This document shows positions 17,433 to 26,933 of a stretch of 35,230 nt of DNA, one piece after another (position 1 is the stretch's first letter; each line of letters opens with the position of its first letter). Origin of the DNA: a virus. Lineage: Duplodnaviria > Caudoviricetes. Below the pieces are notes generated by a model that did no database searches, was not told the DNA's origin, and was given only the letters and a program-made list of their open reading frames with translations. The stretch spans positions 1 to 35,230 of IMG/VR virus record IMGVR_UViG_3300037692_000627; one strand, 5' to 3'. The position numbers and the translations under genes were made by a program.

Positions 17433-17446
17433 GGGTTCATTCTCCC

Positions 17447-17674
17447 TTAGCTGATCGTGATTTCGCCGGAGTGCTCGCTATCCGGGGCGCCGCTGGTGGT
17501 GTTGATGACGGTGTTGGCTTCGAGATAGGTTACGATCGCCGTCGAATCCGCCAGGCCGAGGGCCTCGCGGTAAGCCTGCGCATCTGCGGCATTCGTTCCG
17601 GGGGTGAATGTCGCGGTGACGGCATCCATGGCTGCTTTTCTCGCCGCCCAAAGGCCGGGGCCTCCTCCTGGCAT
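17447..17674 (-). CDS. hypothetical 75-aa protein
   Basis: AAGGAG RBS, located between the spike and baseplate genes. Confidence 0.6.
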   Translation of the reverse strand: MPGGGPGLWAARKAAMDAVTATFTPGTNAADAQAYREALGLADSTAIVTYLEANTVINTTSGAPDSEHSGEITIS

Positions 17675-17686
17675 ATCGATGTCTCC

Positions 17687-18460
17687 TTATGGTGTGGCTG
17701 TGACGGTTCCCGAAACGTGGGGGACCGGGGCGCCCGTATAGGCGCAAATGCTGTCGCCCTGTCGGCAACCTTTCGGGGTGCCTCCGTTGACTCCGATCAG
17801 ATCGATGCCGGCTCCGCTGGTCCATGCCGTCTTTCCGGCAATGGTGACCGTGGCTTTACCGACGGAAACCTCGATTGTTACGTCGCCGCTAGTAACCGTG
17901 AGCGTCTCGGCCCCTGAGATGATGGTTGTGCGCTCTCCTACGACGTTGAAGTGTTCGTTCCCGGCAATGACGACGTTTCGATTGCGGTCGACGTTGATGT
18001 CTTCGTCGCGGGACACTCGCGTTTCCCTGTTTCCCTCCCTGTCGATGCGCTCATAGGTTCCGGCGTGAATGCGATAGGCCTGGGGATGTGGATCGCTTCC
18101 GGCGTCCATCGGCTCGCCGTCATAGGGGCCGAGGTATCCGCTGACAAATGGGTCGCGCAGGTTCCCGTCGAAAAACTCGACGACCACCAGGTCTCCGTCT
18201 TCGGGGGTCCATTCGCTCCCGTTTCGGGCGTTCATCTTTTCGTACTTGAGGGGGACGTGAGTCAGGATCTTTTCCTGATAGCCCTGGGTCGTCTGTCCTG
18301 TTTTGTCGAGAAGAACGACGTCAACGGTGGTGCGCTTCCCCCGGGCGGTATTGCGGAATCGGATCGCCTTGACGATTCCGCGCATGGGGTAGAACATTTC
18401 CCGTTCCCCCCGGGTGATCGCCGGATTCTGTCGCATCGAAACCTGGTTAGGTCGGGCCAT
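17687..18460 (-). CDS. baseplate central spike (gpV/gp5-like)
   Basis: P..GD.V.V.F..G....PFV.G OB-fold motif, V.GN-type beta-helix repeats, and a C-terminal C..TG..H tip. Confidence 0.8.
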   Translation of the reverse strand: MARPNQVSMRQNPAITRGEREMFYPMRGIVKAIRFRNTARGKRTTVDVVLLDKTGQTTQGYQEKILTHVPLKYEKMNARNGSEWTPEDGDLVVVEFFDGNLRDPFVSGYLGPYDGEPMDAGSDPHPQAYRIHAGTYERIDREGNRETRVSRDEDINVDRNRNVVIAGNEHFNVVGERTTIISGAETLTVTSGDVTIEVSVGKATVTIAGKTAWTSGAGIDLIGVNGGTPKGCRQGDSICAYTGAPVPHVSGTVTATP

Positions 18461-19691
18461 GTTCCTGTCCTCTCGTCAACTGCAGGGTTGTCGTGTAGGT
18501 CTCCCCCCAGGCATAGTGCTCGGTGTATTTTTCGACGAAGTATTCCATGCCGGTGCCCTTGACGACGATGCCGTCACCGGCCTTGATATCCGGGTTGCCG
18601 GCAACGGCCAGGGTTCCCGTTTCGTGAAGATGGTTCCACCTGTTGCGATTCCAGAATTCTTCGGATCGGCCGCTGACCAATTTTTGAATATTGGGGGGGG
18701 CGTCGTCGCCCGGCAGATAAGATGGGGGAACGAAGTTGGTCTGCGGGTAGAAGGGGTGAAACCCGAATCTTGAGATCGACGCCTGGTCGAAGTGCATGGC
18801 CGAGGAAAACTGCAGGGGAAAATTCTGGCCCTGGTTGTAGAGCGTCACCATATCGGCCTTGAGCCAGACGTAGTTGACGCGATCGTTGTCGTCGACGCCG
18901 AGATCTTCGCTTTGAATTTCTTCGTCGGCTATTTCATGGAACGTTTCGCGGGTCAGCTTGCCGTTCTTCGGGTGAAACGGGTACCGCTCGAGGATGATGT
19001 GCAGGACGCCGTTGATCGTCTCGGTGGTCAGGACGTTGTACGGTTCGTTGGCGGCTCGTTTCATTGCTGCCCAGACCGACCCGGTCGACTCGAGGATGGT
19101 GAAGTCGAAGGTCTCCCATTCGTCGAGAGGGGCTTTGGCCCGAATCCCGGGGTTGATGAATGCGACGTAGGGCTTGATCCATGGCACCTGTCCGATCATG
19201 AGCTTATCGAAAATACTGGAGCATATTTCATGGGGCGTTCCGGAGAAGATAAGCCCCTTGGCCAGACGGACGATCGCTTCGGGTCCGATCTGACCCGGGC
19301 CCGGCGTGATGTCGGCGACGCAGTTGTGTCGATCGAGCAGGCGGCCGAAATCCATACCGGTGATGGTGATCCGGCGGGAGACGCTCTGGTCAGGGTTGAC
19401 GATGGTCTTGCGAGCGCATCGCACGACCTGTCCGACCATCCGGGAGCGCAGGCCCTTGCCGTCGCCGCGATCCAGTTCGATATGAACGACGTCCCCGGGG
19501 ACGAGGACCTGGTCGTATCGCTGGCCTTCGATGCTTCGCTTGAAGGTGGTGGAGATCGCAAACCCTCCGGCCGACATGCCGTATCCCTTGTCGATGTCGA
19601 TGGTGATGACGTCGCCGGAGATATCCTCGAGCTGGTATTGCGTAGCGGCTCGCCGGATGGTCACGCGGTGATCGGGGGCAAATGTTGCCAT
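18447..19691 (-). CDS. baseplate hub protein (gp27/gpD-like)
   Basis: Lies between tape measure and spike. ITG.DFG motif and C-terminal G.P.I.AG...Y.VE...H...TT...L.RG. Confidence 0.7.
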   Translation of the reverse strand: MATFAPDHRVTIRRAATQYQLEDISGDVITIDIDKGYGMSAGGFAISTTFKRSIEGQRYDQVLVPGDVVHIELDRGDGKGLRSRMVGQVVRCARKTIVNPDQSVSRRITITGMDFGRLLDRHNCVADITPGPGQIGPEAIVRLAKGLIFSGTPHEICSSIFDKLMIGQVPWIKPYVAFINPGIRAKAPLDEWETFDFTILESTGSVWAAMKRAANEPYNVLTTETINGVLHIILERYPFHPKNGKLTRETFHEIADEEIQSEDLGVDDNDRVNYVWLKADMVTLYNQGQNFPLQFSSAMHFDQASISRFGFHPFYPQTNFVPPSYLPGDDAPPNIQKLVSGRSEEFWNRNRWNHLHETGTLAVAGNPDIKAGDGIVVKGTGMEYFVEKYTEHYAWGETYTTTLQLTRGQEHGPT

Positions 19692-19710
19692 GGTCTCTCC
19701 GTTTTTTTTC

Positions 19711-19739
19711 AGTATAGGACCGCCGGTGCTCAGACCGAA
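19711..19739 (-). promoter_or_regulatory. possible internal promoter (-10 TATACT)
   Basis: TATACT at 19716-19711 in the intergenic gap. The -35 (TTCGGT) is poor. Confidence 0.25.
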
Positions 19740-19748
19740 GGGATTTGC

Positions 19749-21626
19749 TTACCGATCAGCGCCGAAGGCCGCCCCCTGCCCTTCCCGCCCGACGACGATG
19801 ACCAGTTGCGGCTTGTTTTTGCCCTTCTCCATGGCGGCCGAGAATCCTTCGGTGATCGCTTCTCGCATATATTCGTCTGGGGCCCTCTGTGAGTCCTTGG
19901 TGTATCCGCCTCGGCCGCCGACTCCCAGAACGTCCTGCTCGCTGCCGGGGACAACCTCTTTTCTATCGATCGATTTCTTGACGAAATCCATGGATTTTTC
20001 GGCGGCCTGGACGCCTGCTTTCTGCATTTCCCTCTTAACCCGGTTGGGTGTCTCTCCCGTTTTGAGCTTCCAGCCTTCGACGGTGGCGTCGACGGCGGCA
20101 TAGGAGTTTCCGCGCTGGGTCTCCATTTCGTTTTTCGCGTCTTTTTCGATGTCGCCGTAGGGTGTGTTCAGAATGTTTTTGAGCTTGTCGCCGCCGAGCA
20201 TGCCGCTGTCGCCGAGAGCGATGATCTTGTCGATCTGTTCCGGGGCGAGATTGGGAAGAATGGAGGAGAGGGCAAGCCATCCCTGCGTGGAGAGTCCTCC
20301 CCCTTTTTTCTGCCCGTAGGTCTTTTTGATTTCGTCGTAGTAGGCTGTGACGTTGCGCTCGCTGGCGCCTTCGGAGAGGCGCCGCTTGTATTTGATGTAG
20401 TCCTCGCCGGTCTTGATCCCGTCGCCGCCGAGGGCTTTCCAGGCCAGCATCTGCTCCCCGGCGCCCTGGCCGCCGCTGCGGAGTTTGTTGTCAAGCGAGC
20501 CGATGATGTCCTGGCCGCTCTGCCCCTTGCCCACCGGGCTCTTTCCCTGCCAGAGCGCGGTCTGCAGCGTCGTGAGATAGGCGGTCTGCCCGGTGTCGAT
20601 CTGTCCGCCCCGAGTGTTGGCGATCTTGGTGAGAATCTGCAGGTTGCGCTCCATGAATTCGCCGCTGCGGCCGCCGGCTTCGCCCTGGATGATGGCTCCA
20701 CGCAGCTTTTCCATCGTTTCGGTGAGCTTCTTCTGGCCGGTAAAGGCGGCAACGGAACCCATGTAATCCGCCGTGCTGGTTTCGGAGACTCCGCGACCCC
20801 GGGAGAACTGCTTGGCCAGTTCGATCTCCCCATGGAGTCCGCTGCCGCGCACATTTCCCTTGGTGAGAAGCGTTTCGCCGATGCCGAGGTGCTGGTCAAT
20901 GGAATAACCGTAGGTCCCGACCCCCTTGGCCAGGTCACGGCCGCCCCGGGTGGACATCGGGGCGGTTCTCTTGGCGAACTCGTCGTCGGCCTCCATCCCG
21001 TCGGTGATAAAGCGAGCCGCCTTGTAGCCGACGTAGGCCAGGACAGCGTTTTTCATGATGGATTTCATGTTGAACCCGCCGCCGGCCCCTCCGCCGCTTT
21101 GATCGAAGCCCTGGACCGATTCGTTGGCCGAGTTGAGGCGCATGCGCATCTCTTCGGAGCGATCGACGTGGCGACCGACGATCCTTTTTCGCTGCTCGAG
21201 GCGCTTGTCGACGTCGGCCAGACGCTGGCGTTCGATGGGGTCGAGGCGGCCGTTTTCCTGCTCCTTCTTGAGGAGGTTTTCTTTCTCCTTGGCGAGTTTT
21301 TTGACCTCGTCCCGGGCTAGGGAGATTTTGCCGATATAGGCGCCGAAGGTTTCGAGGAGGCGCTTATTGATCTTCTCCACCTCGATGAACTGGTTCTTGT
21401 CGATCAATCCGCCCTTGCGATTTCCGTCGGCGGCGATGCGGTGCATGCGATTGATGTCGTCGGCAACGTTGCGGATCAGGCCGGCGGTATTGGAGAGGTG
21501 CTTGTCGTCTCCGGTGATCGGCCCCATCGTCTCGGTTTGCCGAAGGGCGCCATTCATCTCTTCAATGGCTTTCCGGGCGTCTTTTACCTGCCTGGCGTCA
21601 ACATTGACTCCGATTGCGACGGTCAT
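19749..21626 (-). CDS. tape measure protein
   Basis: 625 aa, helical and Gly/Ala/Lys-rich, directly after the tail chaperones and before the hub. Confidence 0.75.
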   Translation of the reverse strand: MTVAIGVNVDARQVKDARKAIEEMNGALRQTETMGPITGDDKHLSNTAGLIRNVADDINRMHRIAADGNRKGGLIDKNQFIEVEKINKRLLETFGAYIGKISLARDEVKKLAKEKENLLKKEQENGRLDPIERQRLADVDKRLEQRKRIVGRHVDRSEEMRMRLNSANESVQGFDQSGGGAGGGFNMKSIMKNAVLAYVGYKAARFITDGMEADDEFAKRTAPMSTRGGRDLAKGVGTYGYSIDQHLGIGETLLTKGNVRGSGLHGEIELAKQFSRGRGVSETSTADYMGSVAAFTGQKKLTETMEKLRGAIIQGEAGGRSGEFMERNLQILTKIANTRGGQIDTGQTAYLTTLQTALWQGKSPVGKGQSGQDIIGSLDNKLRSGGQGAGEQMLAWKALGGDGIKTGEDYIKYKRRLSEGASERNVTAYYDEIKKTYGQKKGGGLSTQGWLALSSILPNLAPEQIDKIIALGDSGMLGGDKLKNILNTPYGDIEKDAKNEMETQRGNSYAAVDATVEGWKLKTGETPNRVKREMQKAGVQAAEKSMDFVKKSIDRKEVVPGSEQDVLGVGGRGGYTKDSQRAPDEYMREAITEGFSAAMEKGKNKPQLVIVVGREGQGAAFGADR

Positions 21627-21991
21627 GGGGTTTCTCCGGGGGCGAGGGGGGCGAAGGTGTCTTTTTGCTTGGAGAGTCGGGGGTCAAGAAGACTCAGATC
21701 GACGTCTTCCCCCGCCTCGGCTCGTCTCTGCAGTTCATCGGCCAGTGTGTCGCCGCTGATCCTGGTGTCGCAGACCGGGCAGATTGCGATATGCGTTTCC
21801 ATTCCGCAAGGGCATTTTTTGAGGCTCTCCCCCCGGAAGGCGAAGATCGCTTCGACCTCGAGAATGATCTCTTCGTCGGTCATGGCGAGAAAGCGCGGGT
21901 CTGTCGGCAGGACCGAATACTTCTGGCGGAGGATGAACCCGTAGGTGTTGGCCAGGCTAGACGCTTTTCGGCTGAGTTCGCCTCGGTCGAA
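21623..21991 (-). CDS. tail assembly chaperone C-terminal (frameshift) segment
   Basis: The frame is open from the chaperone tail through YGFILRQKYSVLPTDPRFLAMTDEEI, with no ATG/GTG/TTG before 21883. It contains a CPC...CPVC zinc ribbon. Confidence 0.65.
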   Translation of the reverse strand, partial: FDRGELSRKASSLANTYGFILRQKYSVLPTDPRFLAMTDEEIILEVEAIFAFRGESLKKCPCGMETHIAICPVCDTRISGDTLADELQRRAEAGEDVDLSLLDPRLSKQKDTFAPLAPGETP

Positions 21992-22325
21992 AGGTATCGA
22001 GCCAGAGGCTCACCTCCTCGTAAAGGGCAAAAATGGCCGGCTCGTCTTCGTCGAAGACCTGGTCCTGCTTCGTCCAGTCGGGACGGGTTTCGCAGATGAC
22101 GTCGAGCAGGCAGAAGATGTATGCGAGGGAGGAGATGCCGTCGGGGATATCGAAGGGCCGGGCGCCGTAGGAGGAGAGTTGGCCGGCATGGCGCGTCGCC
22201 ACCGCGAGTTTGTCGGTGGCGGTCGGCCGGCGGATGAGGACCGGTTCGCCGTATTTGTCTCCAAAAACGAGGCCGGTTTCGGGGTTGATCTTGGTGGCGA
22301 TGTTGAAACTTTTCTTGATCGACAT
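21957..22325 (-). CDS. tail assembly chaperone
   Basis: 122 aa between tube and tape measure, with P.W and a C-terminal WLDTFR. Confidence 0.75.
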   Translation of the reverse strand: MSIKKSFNIATKINPETGLVFGDKYGEPVLIRRPTATDKLAVATRHAGQLSSYGARPFDIPDGISSLAYIFCLLDVICETRPDWTKQDQVFDEDEPAIFALYEEVSLWLDTFRPRRTQPKSV

Positions 22326-22341
22326 GGGGTCTCCCTGTAAT

Positions 22342-22373
22342 GCGGACCGGAAGGGGTGTCCCTTCCGGTCCGC
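22342..22373. terminator. perfect 14-bp hairpin after the tail tube gene (weak terminator or stabiliser)
   Basis: GCGGACCGGAAGGG-gtgt-CCCTTCCGGTCCGC with no U-tract. Confidence 0.5.
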
Positions 22374-22379
22374 GATGGG

Positions 22380-22784
22380 TTACTTGATCTTGGTCAGGGC
22401 CCGGAAGGAGGCGTTCTGGCCGGCGATGCCGTGCTTGCCGTAGTTGCGGCTGTGACTGGCGGCTTTGCAACCGACGTAGTGCTCGAGGGTCGTCCCGGTG
22501 ACGTTGTCGATGATCTCGATCTCGAGTTCGCCGCTGGTGAGAATGTCGTTGGTTTCGGGGACGAATCCGAGGGCGATCAGGTTCTTGTTGTAGATGAAAT
22601 AGCTGGAGATCGAGACGCTGTACGAGACCTTGCCGACGACCAGTTCCTGGGTTTCCGGGCTGCCGAGGCCATCGACGTCCTGGAGACCGAAGTCGTCCTG
22701 GAAGTCCGCCGACTGAACGCCGCTGCCGACGGTGACGCCTTTGATTTTCAGCAGTGCCCGGTTTCCCGTCATGGTATTTTTCAT
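22380..22784 (-). CDS. tail tube protein
   Basis: 134 aa directly after the sheath. TGN...L.I.G..VG..Q...DFG...V..LG...E and Y.GC motifs. Confidence 0.8.
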   Translation of the reverse strand: MKNTMTGNRALLKIKGVTVGSGVQSADFQDDFGLQDVDGLGSPETQELVVGKVSYSVSISSYFIYNKNLIALGFVPETNDILTSGELEIEIIDNVTGTTLEHYVGCKAASHSRNYGKHGIAGQNASFRALTKIK

Positions 22785-22805
22785 GGTCCGTTTCCTCCTT
22801 TTGGG

Positions 22806-24539
22806 TTACAGACCGACGGTGAAGACGGTCGGCGTGAGATAGTAGGTGCTGAAAATGAAGTTGACCGGCAGGATCGGTTCGGCCGCGTAGTCGATGTAGC
22901 GCACCGTGCCGTCGACCCGCAGGGTGGTCTTCTTCGCGTCGTAGGCGCGGATGTATTCCGCCCGAAGGGCCTGGGCCAGGGCCCCATTGGTGACGTTGAT
23001 CGCCGTCGCGTCGAGGTCGATCGTTCCGGCCTGGCCGATGAGCTGGGCATGGCGCTGGCGGATCTGTGCCGCGAGGTAGTCGGCGCCCTGGCCGACGGAG
23101 AACTCGATGCGGTAGAGGTCGGCGTCTTTGCCCCAGGTGGTGATCTGGCGGCTGATGACGTATCCGGCTTCATTGACGTCGTCGACGATCGGAACCGCGA
23201 TCCCCTTGTTGATCAGGTCGGTAATCTCGCTGTTGCGCAGATCGACCTCGAGTCCGAGAATGCGGAGGTATTTGCGGGTCAGGGGCTGAACCGGGTAGCC
23301 TCCGGCGGCGATCCCTGCGTACATGGCGGCCGTGATGTAGGCCGGGTAGAGCTTAATTTTGCCGTTGGGATCGTAGTGTTTGCTGCCGAGGCCGGCGTGG
23401 ACGATCCGATCGCTGCCGAGGACCTTGGCGGCGGCGGCGAGGGCGGCGGCGGCGGTGACGCGACCGGCTTCGTTGCTCCAGGTCTGCAGGGCCCCTCCGA
23501 CGAACCCACGGCGCTCTTTTTTGCCGTCCGGGCCGCTCATGTAGGAGAGGTGGCTTTCGACCATGGAGTGCAGCGAGGCGTCGGGGGTCAGGGGCAAGAA
23601 AATATTGACGCCGAGAGTCTGCATCAGGTCGAGGGCCGTTTGCCAGTCGGTGTTGGTCGTGACACCATTGGTTCCGCCGGCGAGATAGGTCCATGCGGCG
23701 TCGGCAGGGGGCGCCGTGGCGCCGGCGTTGCGGGACGGGGCGACGAAACCGCTGGTTTCCAGGGCGTCGATGATCGCCTGCAGGTCGCTGACGAGCGTTC
23801 CTGCTGCGGCCTTGATGTCGGCGGCGGAAAACGCATCGATTTCCAGGGTGCTGTCCCCGGGGTTATCCGTCAGGACAACCGCCTCGTAGGCCGCCTGGGC
23901 ATTGATGTAGTCGGCGAGAGCCTGGACCGTCGGGTAGTCGGAGAGCGAGACGGCAAGATCTTCGCCGCCCGGGCCGCCGGTGACGGTCGTGGTGAGAGCC
24001 CCGAGACCGTCAACAAGAATGGCGCAGGGGGTTCCGGCTCCGGTGTACTGGATGGACAGTGAGTCTTTTTGCAGGTTGTCGAAAGGCTCTGTCTCGGTGC
24101 CGAAGGCAATCGTGACCTTCTTGCCGGAGACCGATCCGGCTTCGATCTTGTATTTGACCTGGTTGGCCGGGAGGCCGTAGAGGTAGCTATCGAGGACCAG
24201 CTTGGTATCGGCGATGGCCGTTGCCCTGGTCGCCGGGTTGACCGGAACCAGGTAAACCTCGGAGGCGCCCGGGGTGTCGCTGCCGGGGGACGGGTCGAAG
24301 ACCAGTTGCGCGGCGAGCCTGGCTTCTTCGTTGTTCGGGTGAATCAGGGCATTGGCGATGGTCGGAGTGCCGACCTTGATCGCCGTACCGGATGGAATGA
24401 GCCCGGTCATTTCGGCCAGGATTGCCACGACGGCGCCACCGCCCAGGGGTGCCGTCGCCAGCGCCGAGGAATCAATGAACGATGCGGCCTGCGGAATCAG
24501 GTACTTCTTCCCCCGCCAGATGATGCTCTTGTCTGCCAT
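22806..24539 (-). CDS. tail sheath protein
   Basis: 577 aa with L.GG.NG, H...MS...KERR..VG, A...AG..AG....P.T.K and E.SV...ADY motifs. Confidence 0.9.
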   Translation of the reverse strand: MADKSIIWRGKKYLIPQAASFIDSSALATAPLGGGAVVAILAEMTGLIPSGTAIKVGTPTIANALIHPNNEEARLAAQLVFDPSPGSDTPGASEVYLVPVNPATRATAIADTKLVLDSYLYGLPANQVKYKIEAGSVSGKKVTIAFGTETEPFDNLQKDSLSIQYTGAGTPCAILVDGLGALTTTVTGGPGGEDLAVSLSDYPTVQALADYINAQAAYEAVVLTDNPGDSTLEIDAFSAADIKAAAGTLVSDLQAIIDALETSGFVAPSRNAGATAPPADAAWTYLAGGTNGVTTNTDWQTALDLMQTLGVNIFLPLTPDASLHSMVESHLSYMSGPDGKKERRGFVGGALQTWSNEAGRVTAAAALAAAAKVLGSDRIVHAGLGSKHYDPNGKIKLYPAYITAAMYAGIAAGGYPVQPLTRKYLRILGLEVDLRNSEITDLINKGIAVPIVDDVNEAGYVISRQITTWGKDADLYRIEFSVGQGADYLAAQIRQRHAQLIGQAGTIDLDATAINVTNGALAQALRAEYIRAYDAKKTTLRVDGTVRYIDYAAEPILPVNFIFSTYYLTPTVFTVGL

Positions 24540-24542
24540 TTG

Positions 24543-24782
24543 TTATTTACCTCCCTGGGTTTTGAGCCATGCGCTCCACGGCGTCCCGGTGGGGCGTCCC
24601 ATGAAACTGGCGAAGTGTTTTTCCCATGCACCCTGGGTGCGCGAGGCCGTGTCCTTTTCGCTCACCATCAGCGACTTGAATCCAGCTCTCGATTCGACTC
24701 GCTTGATCTCCGGGAGGTATTCGGCCAGAGTCAGAGTGCGTTCCGGCTGGTTGTCTCCCTTTACCGCTTTTTTCATCGTCAT
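24543..24782 (-). CDS. small conserved pre-sheath protein
   Basis: ATGA overlap with the upstream stop and a GGAG RBS. AGFK...W...F pattern in the usual pre-sheath position. Confidence 0.6.
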   Translation of the reverse strand: MTMKKAVKGDNQPERTLTLAEYLPEIKRVESRAGFKSLMVSEKDTASRTQGAWEKHFASFMGRPTGTPWSAWLKTQGGK

Positions 24783-25438
24783 GCTCCCGTCAGTGAAAGG
24801 TTGTCGCCCGTGGCGTAAGTCCCGCTGCCTTCGAGTCTCTTGCTCCAGGTGTTGGCCACCTTGGCGTGTATTTTTATCCCCCGGATGAAGGCCTGCGTCG
24901 GCTGGAGCGAGCCTTTTTCCATGCGCAGGTCGGCCATGGAGATTCCGATTTCGACGATTCCCTGGGCTCCGAGTTCGGTGAAATTCTGGCAGACGAAATA
25001 CTGGCAGAACCGCGCCAGCCAAATCGTTTCTTCCTTGGTGGCGGCGATGACGTCAATGTTCCACGCCGACATTTCCCAATATCCGAAAAGTTGAGACCAG
25101 ACGGTCTGGCCGTTGATCTCGGTCGCTTCCGGTTCCCCCTGGTAATCGCCCAGGGAGCGGTCGTTCGATTCCACATCCCCGCTGTAGATGCCGATCTGGG
25201 GAAAGGGGAGGTCGGCGGCTGGGAAGTGGGGGAGGATAAAAACCCGCTTGTCCGTATCCCTGTTGCGGATGTCGCCGGTGAAGATCCGCGAGTTGAGAAA
25301 CTGTTCAATCTCCGATTGCTGGCCGGCGGTGCGGTCCTCGAAGAGATCGGCGACCACGGCGGTCGGGTCGCTCTTGGCCTTGGCGAATTCGGCAAGGAAG
25401 AGATCGCGGAGAATCAGGTCGACGTTGGGGAAGCCCAT
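24779..25438 (-). CDS. neck / tail completion protein
   Basis: 219 aa, positioned between the neck genes and the sheath. Confidence 0.6.
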   Translation of the reverse strand: MGFPNVDLILRDLFLAEFAKAKSDPTAVVADLFEDRTAGQQSEIEQFLNSRIFTGDIRNRDTDKRVFILPHFPAADLPFPQIGIYSGDVESNDRSLGDYQGEPEATEINGQTVWSQLFGYWEMSAWNIDVIAATKEETIWLARFCQYFVCQNFTELGAQGIVEIGISMADLRMEKGSLQPTQAFIRGIKIHAKVANTWSKRLEGSGTYATGDNLSLTGA

Positions 25439-26287
25439 TTATTCCTCTCTGACAGAGATGCGCATGCCGATGGAGAGTCCGCTGGGGGGAATCAGATCGG
25501 CGTTGGCCGCCTGGCGGATGATCCCTTCGATGGCCGGTTTACAATAGTCCGAAACGTGCTGGGCGATGCCGTGCGCCTGGTACCCGGGGTGCCACCAACT
25601 CCCCGGGTCGCTCTTGTCGGAGACGATGCGAAAGGTGAGGTATTTGCTCTGGGTCGCATTGTCGTACCGCTTGCGGATCCGGGTCATCCCCTCGTATTTA
25701 CCGGCCTTGTGCTGGTACCCAGTGGTGGGGTTTTGTCCCGGCGGGTGCGCAGCTTCGGTTCCGGTCAGGCGGCCGCCCCACTTGAGCCCCTTGGGCTGCA
25801 TGCTGGTCTGCATCTTCCCGCCGACCCGGACCCGCTGCGGGACCATGGCGGCAAAAGACGGCTTGATCATGCGGACCTTGCCGAGAACGTCTTTGGGCAT
25901 CGGCTTGAAGTAGGCGTTCTGTCCGCTCTTGCTCGACGTGCCGTGGCGCATGGGGATGATGTTGTAGCGGTTCCCCTTCTTGCTGATCCGCGCCTTGGGT
26001 CCGCCGAGGAGCATCGGCTTCATGTCCCAGGGCCCTTTGCCGTATTCGAGATCGTTGGCGATCTGCTTTGTGGCAATGACGTAGCGCCGCAGGTACCCGG
26101 CGTCGGAGACTACGGTCTGGTCGCCGAGGAGGATGTTCTCGGCGTAAAGCTGGCGCAGTCCGATGTTGGCCTTGATCTCCGGAATCCCCGGGAGCGGCAG
26201 GGCCCCCATGACGACCTGCTGCCATGTCGCCTGGATGAACCGTGTCGATTCGGCGATTGCGGCTCTGAGGTAGGGGAGATCGGCCAT
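25439..26287 (-). CDS. basic neck/virion morphogenesis protein
   Basis: Starts MADLPY. LE.G..PWDMKP.LL, Y.IIP.RH, KYEGM and YLTFR.VSD.S...SW.HPG motifs as in SPO1/Twort-like neck proteins. Confidence 0.7.
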   Translation of the reverse strand: MADLPYLRAAIAESTRFIQATWQQVVMGALPLPGIPEIKANIGLRQLYAENILLGDQTVVSDAGYLRRYVIATKQIANDLEYGKGPWDMKPMLLGGPKARISKKGNRYNIIPMRHGTSSKSGQNAYFKPMPKDVLGKVRMIKPSFAAMVPQRVRVGGKMQTSMQPKGLKWGGRLTGTEAAHPPGQNPTTGYQHKAGKYEGMTRIRKRYDNATQSKYLTFRIVSDKSDPGSWWHPGYQAHGIAQHVSDYCKPAIEGIIRQAANADLIPPSGLSIGMRISVREE

Positions 26288-26297
26288 GGGGTGTTTC

Positions 26298-26933
26298 CTA
26301 TTGCTCAAAAATGTGTTTTTTCCGGAGCAGGACCTTGCTGCCGATGTCCTGGCCCTTGCTGATCCGGGTCGTCGGGGGGTCGACGGCGATCCATTCGATG
26401 AAAGCCATGTATTTGATGGTGTAGCGGATGCCGAGGGACGGTTTCTTCCCCTCGACTGATTTCCCCGGCCAGCTCCATTCGATGGTGCGGCCGACGAACC
26501 GGAAGTCGACGTTCTCAACGTATTTGATCCGCTGCTCGTCGAGGCAGTAGATCCCCTTGACGGCCGGGTAGTAGAGCTTCTCGGCCGAACCCGATCCGCG
26601 CACCAGGGGGTCCCCCTGTCCGAAGGGGAGTGGCCAGGTGAAGATGATCTTGTCCCCTTCGCTGACCGTGTTGTGAGTCAACGGGGAGAACACGGCGTCG
26701 CCGGGGAGGGCGATGCCGGCTTCGAGCCAGTCCTTGTGCGCCGCGATCGACGTCACCAGGCCGACGATCGCTTCCTCTTCGGCATAAAACCAGCCGCCCC
26801 TTTCATGCAGGTCGCAGTTCGGGTCCGGCTGACCCTGATCGTCGTGACAGGGGCAGAGCATACCGACCTGGTGCCGGACCCTCTCGCCTTCGGTTGCAAC
26901 GAAACGGTTGCAGTCGGCGGAGTTGATGGCCAT
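26298..26933 (-). CDS. head completion/closure protein
   Basis: CPC....QPD..C..H..G motif as in SPO1/Twort-like head-completion proteins. Confidence 0.65.
   Translation of the reverse strand: MAINSADCNRFVATEGERVRHQVGMLCPCHDDQGQPDPNCDLHERGGWFYAEEEAIVGLVTSIAAHKDWLEAGIALPGDAVFSPLTHNTVSEGDKIIFTWPLPFGQGDPLVRGSGSAEKLYYPAVKGIYCLDEQRIKYVENVDFRFVGRTIEWSWPGKSVEGKKPSLGIRYTIKYMAFIEWIAVDPPTTRISKGQDIGSKVLLRKKHIFEQ

Noticed and set aside
21957-22010. Classical -1 slippery heptamer in the tail chaperone
   Set aside because: No XXXYYYZ site is present near the end, and the downstream ORF is in the +1 frame.
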